From: an uncultured delta proteobacterium
GTDB taxonomy: Bacteria > Myxococcota_A > Polyangia > Fen-1088
Assembly (NCBI GenBank): GCA_963767925.1
Contig: CAVYGB010000008.1
Location: forward strand, 2,368,001 to 2,432,000
Length of the DNA: 64,000 nucleotides
Reading direction: 5' to 3'
A model generated the notes under the pieces. That model saw only the letters and a list, made by a program, of their open reading frames with translations, searched no databases and was not told where the DNA came from. Position numbers and translations under genes: made by a program. Shown in pieces: positions 57,533 through 64,000 of this stretch. Position 1 is the first letter of the stretch; every line of letters starts with the position of its first letter.

Positions 57533-58783
57533 TCACTCGAAGCGAAGGGCCTCGACCGGGTCGAGGCGGGAGGCGCGCCAGGCGGGGTAGAGGCCGAAGA
57601 CAACGCCCACCAGGAGGGCGGCGCCGATGGCCACCGGCGGCGCCCAGGCCACCAGGTGGAAGGTCCAGCCGCCCAGCACCTTGTCGAGGACGCGGGCGGC
57701 GATCCAGGTCAGGCCCAGCCCGAAGGCCACCCCCAGGATGCCACCCAGGCCGGCGGTGAGGGTCGACTCGGCGAGGAACTGGGCCATGAGCTGGCGGCGG
57801 GGCGCTCCCACCGCCCGGCGGATGCCGATCTCCCGCGTCCGCTCGGTGACGCTCACGAGCATGATGTTCATGACGTTGATGCCGCCCACCACCAGCGAAA
57901 CGATGGCGGTGCCCAGCACGAGCAGCGAGATGACCATGAGGATCATGTCCTCCTTGCCGTCCTCCGTGTCCCCCTCGAGCTCGAAGTTCTCGATGCCGTA
58001 GTGGCGCCGCAGCAGGGTCTCCCGCACGACGCTGCGGACGGTGCCGATCCGCCCGGCGAAGTCGGAGAGGTCGGCCAGGCGCACGAAGATGCGGTGCAGG
58101 CCGGCCCGCTTCTCGGCGGGCGCGGTGTTGGCGCTCATGGTCGTCTCGGGCACGAGGATGCGCCCGTCCCACTGCCAGGGGCCGTCTCCCCCGCCGAAGG
58201 TCGGCTTGTGGGCCATCACGCCGATGACCACGTAACGCTGGTCCCCGTCGCTCACGGTGAGGTTGTCGAGGGAGTCGGTGCTCTCGAGCAAGTCGGTCCA
58301 CACCTTGTGGCCGACAACTGCCACCGGGCGCCGCTCGTGCACCTCCTGCTCGTTGAAGAAGCGGCCCTGCTGCAGGCGCAGGTGGTAGAGGTCGAGGGCG
58401 TCGGGGCGGGTGCCCACGATGGCCACCTGCTTCTTGTTGCGCTTCCAGTAGACCATGGCCCACTTGCGGCGTTGCCCCACCACCCGGGCGTCGGCCAGCA
58501 GGGCCGACTCGTCGAGGTTCGTCACGTCACCCCCGTCGAGCTCGCGGGTGGTGCGGAACCGGTCCCGCGCCTTGGGCGGGGGGTTGCGCTCGATCTCGAT
58601 CAGGTCTTCCTCCTCGGCCGCGCGCGAGGCCATCACCAGCGCCTCCTGCCCCGCCGCCAGCAACCCCGACAGCAATACGAGCGAGGAGGAGCCGATCATC
58701 ACGCCGGTCAGGGTGAGGACGAAGCGCAGGCGGTTGGCCCGGAACGAGTCCGCCACCCCCCGGAACGTCTCGCGCCACACCAT
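57533..58783 (-). CDS. MacB/FtsX-family ABC permease
   Basis: SLVVGGINVMNIMLVSVTERTREIGIRRAVGA, GLYPAWRASRLDPVEALRFE. Confidence 0.93.
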   Translation of the reverse strand: MVWRETFRGVADSFRANRLRFVLTLTGVMIGSSSLVLLSGLLAAGQEALVMASRAAEEEDLIEIERNPPPKARDRFRTTRELDGGDVTNLDESALLADARVVGQRRKWAMVYWKRNKKQVAIVGTRPDALDLYHLRLQQGRFFNEQEVHERRPVAVVGHKVWTDLLESTDSLDNLTVSDGDQRYVVIGVMAHKPTFGGGDGPWQWDGRILVPETTMSANTAPAEKRAGLHRIFVRLADLSDFAGRIGTVRSVVRETLLRRHYGIENFELEGDTEDGKEDMILMVISLLVLGTAIVSLVVGGINVMNIMLVSVTERTREIGIRRAVGAPRRQLMAQFLAESTLTAGLGGILGVAFGLGLTWIAARVLDKVLGGWTFHLVAWAPPVAIGAALLVGVVFGLYPAWRASRLDPVEALRFE

Positions 58784-58786
58784 GGT

Positions 58787-60007
58787 TCACCCCGCCGCGC
58801 GCAGGCAGTCCACAACCGTGAGCCGGCTGGCCTTGCGCGCCGGCAGCAGCCCGAAGAACACGCCGATCAGGGCCGAGGCGCACACCGCCCCCACCATGGC
58901 CTCGACCGAGAGGACCGGCACCCAGGTCTCCTCGCCCCGGCGGATGATGCGGCCGATGACCTCGGCGGCCAGCCAGCCCCCCGCCACCCCCACCAGCCCG
59001 CCCAGCGCCGAGAGCAGCGCCGACTCGAACAGGAACTGGGCGCCGATGGCCACGTCGGAGGCGCCGATGGCCTTGCGCAGGCCGATCTCGCGGATCCGCT
59101 CGCTCACCGAGACCAGCAGGATGTTCATGACCCCCACCCCGCCCACCAGCAGGGCGATGCTGGCGATGAAGGCCACGATGATCTGCATGATGCGGAACAC
59201 GGCGTAGAACTTCTCGGTCATGGCGCCCACGTCGAAGACCTGGAAGTCGTCGACCCCCCGGTGGCGGTCGCTGAGCAGGGCGAAGGCGACCCGCTTGGCC
59301 ATCTCGTTGTATTCGGTCCCGTCGGTCACGACGATGAGGGCGCCCTGGTCGCCGTCGTTGCGCAGGGTGATGGGGACCAGCACGAAGTCGTTCCAGTCGA
59401 AGCCGAACCCGATCCCGAAGCGCTTGACCTGGCTGACCACGCCGATGACCCGATAGCTCTCGACGCCGACCCGGACCACCCGGCCCAGGGCGGCCTCCGC
59501 CGAGGCGAACAGGTTCTGGGCCACCCCGTGCCCCAGCAGGGCCACCTTGCGCCGCCCCTCGATGTCGTCCTGGTCCAGGTTGCGCCCGGCCGCCAGCTTC
59601 ATGGTGAAGGCGTCGATAAAGTCCCGGTTGGCCGCCACCAGGTCGGCGCTCTTGGGCTCGCTGCCCCCCAGGCGCACGTCCCGCTGTCCCAGCTCGCTGT
59701 GCATCTCGAAGTAGCGGGCGCCCGGGACCCGACCCCGCAGCGCCTCCGCGTCCTCCGGGATGAGCCCCCGGAAGTAGCTGGCCCGCTTGCGCTCGGCGCG
59801 CTCGGGGGCCTTGGGGAAGAAGATGACCATGCGCGCGCCACCCACGTCCTCGATCCCCCGGGAGATGGTGGAGATGCCCGACTTGGCCAGCGAGGACATC
59901 ACGACGATCGAGAAGGCCCCGATCGTGATGGACAGGACGGTCAGGGCCGAGCGGAACTTGTGCGCCCGCAGGACACCGAGCCCGATCCGCAGGAACTCGA
60001 AGAACAT
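58787..60007 (-). CDS. MacB/FtsX-family ABC permease
   Basis: ALLVGGVGVMNILLVSVSERIREIGLRKAIGA. Confidence 0.93.
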   Translation of the reverse strand: MFFEFLRIGLGVLRAHKFRSALTVLSITIGAFSIVVMSSLAKSGISTISRGIEDVGGARMVIFFPKAPERAERKRASYFRGLIPEDAEALRGRVPGARYFEMHSELGQRDVRLGGSEPKSADLVAANRDFIDAFTMKLAAGRNLDQDDIEGRRKVALLGHGVAQNLFASAEAALGRVVRVGVESYRVIGVVSQVKRFGIGFGFDWNDFVLVPITLRNDGDQGALIVVTDGTEYNEMAKRVAFALLSDRHRGVDDFQVFDVGAMTEKFYAVFRIMQIIVAFIASIALLVGGVGVMNILLVSVSERIREIGLRKAIGASDVAIGAQFLFESALLSALGGLVGVAGGWLAAEVIGRIIRRGEETWVPVLSVEAMVGAVCASALIGVFFGLLPARKASRLTVVDCLRAAG

Positions 60008-60017
60008 GGCGGCGGCG

Positions 60018-61190
60018 TCAGAACTTGCGCTCTTCGGCGGGGGGCGGCTTGATCAGCACCCGGGCCCCTTCGCTCAGGCCGCTCTTGACCTCCAGGTCGC
60101 GATCGCTGCGGGCGCCCACCGCGATCTCCTTGCGGGTGGTGATCGGCTTGCCGTCCTTGCCGGTCTCGAGCGCGTGGACGAAGCTCTTGCCCTTCTCCAC
60201 CACGACGGCCTCGATGGGGAGCAGCAGCACCTTGGGCTTGCGGTCGACCAGGATGCGCACGTCGGCGGTCATGCCCGGCTTGATGGCGCTCAGATCCTGG
60301 CTGGCGTCGAGGGCCGCCTCGACCGGGAACACGTCGGGGGCGTGGCCCTGGTTGCCCCCCCGCGCGCTCACCGCCGCGGCCGGCGCCACCCGGGTGACCG
60401 CCCCGGTGAAGGTCTTGCCCGGCAGGGCATCGAGGGAGACCTCGGTCTTCTGACCGCGCTGGACGCGGGCCACGTCGATCTGGTTGAGGTCGATCTTCAC
60501 CAGCAGGACCGAGAGGTCGGCCAGCACGAGCAGGGCCTTGCCCTCCACCGTGGCGGTCACCCCCGGGACGACCACCTCGCCGGGCTGGATGGTCCGCTGG
60601 ATGATGGTGCCGTCGAAGGGGGCCTCGATGTCGGCGTAGCGCAGCCGATCGCGGGCGGTCTCGAGCGCCACCTCGGCCGACCGGAGGCGGGCGCGCGCCA
60701 TGGCCGTCTCGTGACGGGCCTGATCGACCTCGGCGGCGGGGGCGATCGAGCCGGCCTGGGCCTTCTCCGAGCGGACGAGCTGCAGGCGGGTGAATCCGAC
60801 TGCCTCCCGGTACTGGGAGGTCTCGGCCTCCATGCGGGCGACGTCGCGGCGGTAGTCGGTGGGGTCGATGCGCAGCAGGACCTGCCCGGTCTTGACCTTC
60901 TGCCCCTCCTCGACGCTGACCTCGGTCACCTGCCCGCCGACCTTGGACTTGATCTGGGTCTGCAGCCGCGGCTCCACCCGGCCGGTCTCGAGCACCACGA
61001 CGTCGAGGTCGGCCCGCTTGACCACGGCGGTGAGCGCCTTGTCCAGCTCGCTGGCCGCGCCCCCCCGGCCCTGTCTGAGCGCGACGATGCCGCCCACGGC
61101 AACGAGGGGAACCACCACGAGCCATATCATCAGGCGGCGCACGAGGCCCCGGCGTCGTACGACCGGGGCAACTGCCACCGCTTCCGTCAT
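60018..61190 (-). CDS. Periplasmic adaptor (MFP, MacA/HlyD family)
   Basis: SKVGGQVTEVSVEEGQKVKTGQVL, IEAPFDGTI, IKPGMTADV. Confidence 0.93.
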   Translation of the reverse strand: MTEAVAVAPVVRRRGLVRRLMIWLVVVPLVAVGGIVALRQGRGGAASELDKALTAVVKRADLDVVVLETGRVEPRLQTQIKSKVGGQVTEVSVEEGQKVKTGQVLLRIDPTDYRRDVARMEAETSQYREAVGFTRLQLVRSEKAQAGSIAPAAEVDQARHETAMARARLRSAEVALETARDRLRYADIEAPFDGTIIQRTIQPGEVVVPGVTATVEGKALLVLADLSVLLVKIDLNQIDVARVQRGQKTEVSLDALPGKTFTGAVTRVAPAAAVSARGGNQGHAPDVFPVEAALDASQDLSAIKPGMTADVRILVDRKPKVLLLPIEAVVVEKGKSFVHALETGKDGKPITTRKEIAVGARSDRDLEVKSGLSEGARVLIKPPPAEERKF

Positions 61191-61378
61191 CTGTGCCTCC
61201 ACGAGCGGGCTTGCCTCCACGAGCGGGCGACGAGCTTACCAGGCGCGACCGCGGCGCGCCGCGGGAGCCCATCGATTGTCGAGCATTGCGTGATCGAGAA
61301 CACCGGTGCCGTCTGCTTCCATTCCCGCGGGAACCTTCCGGCCGACGCGACGTGGTAGACCGCGCCGGGGTTCCCGAC

Positions 61379-62275
61379 ATGCAACAACCAACGAAGCAGC
61401 CCCCTCGACATGACACCGCTCGCGGCGGCCGCCTCGCGATTTCGGCGACGGTCGCCGCCTTCCACCGGAGCTTCGCCGCGCTGGGATCCCCCCGGCGAGC
61501 GGCTGGGGAAAAGTCCTACCTCAAGAGCGCCCTCCACTTTCACGGGGTCACCGTCCCCCAGGTGCGGCAGGCCGCGGCCGCCTTCTGCAAGCGCCATCCG
61601 GCCCTCACCCGGGCGCAACTCCGGGCGCTCGCCGGCGCGCTCCTGGCGACCGACTACCACGACGTCCGCAGCCTCGGCATCGCGGTGCTGGAGCGGAGGC
61701 ACAACCTCCTGCTGCCCGGCGATTTGCCCTGGCTCGTCGAGGGCGTCCGATCGACGGCGAACTGGGCCCACGTCGACTGGCTGGCGACGAAGGTCGTCGG
61801 TCCCCTGGTGGCCGCGCTACCAGCGGCCCGGCGAGCCGCCGTCCTCACCCGCTGGGCCCGCGACGAGCACCTTTGGGTCCGGCGAACCGCGCTGCTGGCC
61901 CAGCTCGACACGCTTCGGGCCGGGGGCGGAGACTTCCCCCTCTTCGCCCGCCTGGCGGCGCCCCTCCTGCCGGAGAAGGAGTTCTTCATCCGCAAGGCCA
62001 TCGGCTGGATCTTGCGGGACGTGTCCCGGCGGCGGCCCGAGCTGACCTTCGCCTTCCTCACCCGCCACCGGGCGGCGCTCTCCGGCCTGACACTGCGCGA
62101 GGGCTCGCGCCACCTGCCGGCCAGCCTGCGCGCCGCCCTCGCCCCTTCCTCGCCAGGCCGGGCCCCCGCCCCGCCCCGGTCCCGGGCGGCCGGCACGCCG
62201 CTCAGGGAACGTCGACGTACGCCCGCGCCGCCCGCACCGAAACCAGCTTCCGCTCGGGCAACACGAGCCCGCTGA
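61379..62275 (+). CDS. DNA alkylation repair protein (AlkD-like HEAT repeats)
   Basis: GVTVPQVR, NWAHVD, HLWVRRTA, EKEFFIRKAIGWILRD. Confidence 0.88.
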   Translation: MQQPTKQPPRHDTARGGRLAISATVAAFHRSFAALGSPRRAAGEKSYLKSALHFHGVTVPQVRQAAAAFCKRHPALTRAQLRALAGALLATDYHDVRSLGIAVLERRHNLLLPGDLPWLVEGVRSTANWAHVDWLATKVVGPLVAALPAARRAAVLTRWARDEHLWVRRTALLAQLDTLRAGGGDFPLFARLAAPLLPEKEFFIRKAIGWILRDVSRRRPELTFAFLTRHRAALSGLTLREGSRHLPASLRAALAPSSPGRAPAPPRSRAAGTPLRERRRTPAPPAPKPASARATRAR

Positions 62276-62888
62276 GCAACCCGCCGTAGACGCAGCCGGT
62301 GTCGAGCCCGGTGGCGTAGGCGTACTCCTGCAGCCCGCGAACGGCGTCGTGACCGAACACGATGCGCTCGGGCCCGCGCCACTGCGACGCCCAGGGCATC
62401 CCCTTGCCCTTCTTCGTCGGCTCGCCCTCCCGGGTGATGCTCCTCAAGGTGAGCAGGTGCTCGCGGTCCTGCTGCTCGAGCGGCACGCCGGGGACGACGC
62501 CGGCGTGCACGACCGCCGTGTCGGGACCACCCGCGCGCTCGGGCCCCAGCCGGAGCAACACGGGCAAGGCCTCGAGGAAGGCCCAGTCCGGCTCGGTGAG
62601 TGTGTCGAGCACCTGCTGGTGCTCGGGGCGGGCCCTGCGCCCGTCGTCCGCCGCCCGGCCGAGCGCCACCTCCCGCAGGCGCAACACGTGGGCGTCGTGG
62701 TTGCCCATCACGGCCAGGGCCCCGCGCTCCCGGGCGAAGGCGAGCACCCCCTGGCTGTCGGGCCCCTTGGCCACGAGGTCGCCGACGAGGACCAGGCGGT
62801 CGCCCGCCTGGAAGCCGGCCTTGGCCACGAGCTGCTTCAGCTCGTCGGCGCAGCCGTGGATATCACCGATGACGATGGTCCGCTGCAT
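62202..62888 (-). CDS. PPP-family metallophosphoesterase (ApaH/Ppn2-like)
   Basis: IGDIHGC, VGDLVAKGPDS, GNHD, FGHDA, GLDTGCVYG. Confidence 0.92.
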   Translation of the reverse strand: MQRTIVIGDIHGCADELKQLVAKAGFQAGDRLVLVGDLVAKGPDSQGVLAFARERGALAVMGNHDAHVLRLREVALGRAADDGRRARPEHQQVLDTLTEPDWAFLEALPVLLRLGPERAGGPDTAVVHAGVVPGVPLEQQDREHLLTLRSITREGEPTKKGKGMPWASQWRGPERIVFGHDAVRGLQEYAYATGLDTGCVYGGLLSGLVLPERKLVSVRAARAYVDVP

Positions 62889-62964
62889 CCCAGGCGATCA
62901 AGTGTATCCGAGGGACGGACGAACGGCTTGTCCGACGCCGGCCGGCAGTCGTAGGCTGCGGGCC

Positions 62965-63798
62965 ATGCCACGCATCGATGCCCACCAGCACTTCTGGCGT
63001 TACAGCCCCCAGACCCACGGCTGGATCGGGGATCACATGGCGGTCCTGAAGCGGGACTACCTGCCGCCCGACCTCGAGCCCCTCCTGCGGGCCAAGGGCT
63101 ACGACGGCTGCGTGGCGGTCCAGGCGCAGCAGACGGTGGACGAGACCACCTGGCTGCTCGATCTGGCCGATCAGTTCCCCTTCATCCGGGGGGTGGTGGG
63201 CTGGGTCGATCTGCGCGCCCCCGACGTGGCGGCGGTGCTGGCCGGGCTCGCCGGGCGAAAGAAGCTGAAAGGCATCCGGCACATCGTGCAGGGCGAGCCC
63301 GACCCGCGCTTCATGCTGGGGACCGAGTTTCAGCGGGGCATCGCCGCCCTGGCGGCCCACGGCCTGGCCTACGACATCCTCGTGTTCCCCAAGCAGCTCC
63401 CGGCGGCCATCGAGCTGGCCGAGCGCTTCCCCCGGCAACCCTTCGTGCTCGACCACATCGCCAAGCCCGACATGAAGGGGGGGGCCCGCGAGCCCTGGGC
63501 CACCCAGGTCCGCCGCCTGGCCGCCCACCCGAACGTCTTCTGCAAGCTGTCGGGGCTCGTCACCGAGGCCGACTGGGCCCGCTGGACGCCCGACGACATC
63601 GCCCCTTACCTCGACGTGATCAGCGAGGCCTTCGGCCCCGAGCGGCTCATGATCGGCTCGGACTGGCCGGTCTGCACCCTGGCCGGCGACTACAGCCGGG
63701 TGATGACGCTGGTCGAGGGCTACCTGGCACGGCTTCCGGCCGGATCGGCGGAAGCCGTGCTGGGCAGCACCGCGAGCCGGTTTTACCGGCTCGGCTAG
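62965..63798 (+). CDS. Amidohydrolase, L-fuconolactonase-like
   Basis: IDAHQHFW, VAVQA, VLDHIAKP, CKLSGL, GSDWPVC. Confidence 0.9.
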   Translation: MPRIDAHQHFWRYSPQTHGWIGDHMAVLKRDYLPPDLEPLLRAKGYDGCVAVQAQQTVDETTWLLDLADQFPFIRGVVGWVDLRAPDVAAVLAGLAGRKKLKGIRHIVQGEPDPRFMLGTEFQRGIAALAAHGLAYDILVFPKQLPAAIELAERFPRQPFVLDHIAKPDMKGGAREPWATQVRRLAAHPNVFCKLSGLVTEADWARWTPDDIAPYLDVISEAFGPERLMIGSDWPVCTLAGDYSRVMTLVEGYLARLPAGSAEAVLGSTASRFYRLG

Positions 63799-64000
63799 GT
63801 CGTCCGGCTGGTCCGCTCCAGCCGCTCCCAGGAGAGCGCGTACCAGAGCACCACGCAGAAGCAGACCATCGGCACGACGAACCCGGCCGCCATGTTGATG
63901 CGACCGGAGATGAGCCCGTTGAGGAAGGGGAAGACGCCCCCGCCCGCGATGGCCATGACGATGAACGAGGAGGCCTTCTTGGTCTGCTCGCCGAGGCCGT
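63795..64000 (-). CDS. FucP-like sugar MFS permease, C-terminal end (partial)
   Basis: GLGEQTKKASSFIVMAIAGGGVFP...FVVPMVCFCVVLWYA. Confidence 0.8.
   Translation of the reverse strand, partial: GLGEQTKKASSFIVMAIAGGGVFPFLNGLISGRINMAAGFVVPMVCFCVVLWYALSWERLERTSRTT

Overview
Very GC-rich bacterial DNA. Gene content (Ser/Thr kinase + Cys-rich lipoprotein + PEGA cassette, MerR-like/sigma-r4 regulator pair) suggests Myxococcota; this is an inference. Most of the window is backbone: AddAB-like helicase/nuclease, DEAD-box helicase, tldD/pmbA, thiO, apbE, tkt, queD, pdhABC-lpdA, a MacAB-like exporter and fucose/rhamnose-type catabolic genes. Many of these genes are split by single-base frameshifts, most likely assembly indel errors. 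The stand-out feature is a ~10 kb island (about 11060-21027) at the 3' end of an initiator tRNA-Met gene. Its two junctions share an 11-bp core and rejoin into a symmetric att-like site typical of large serine recombinases, yet no integrase is visible. Amid decayed remnants (IS256-like, sigma-54 activator, DUF5348-like) and a VapBC pair, the island carries an intact, translationally coupled 7-gene operon: small nuclease-like protein, coiled-coil protein, GT-B glycosyltransferase, three radical SAM enzymes, and a membrane-anchored protein. I cannot assign this operon to a described pathway. All family calls come from motif recognition by eye; no searches were run.
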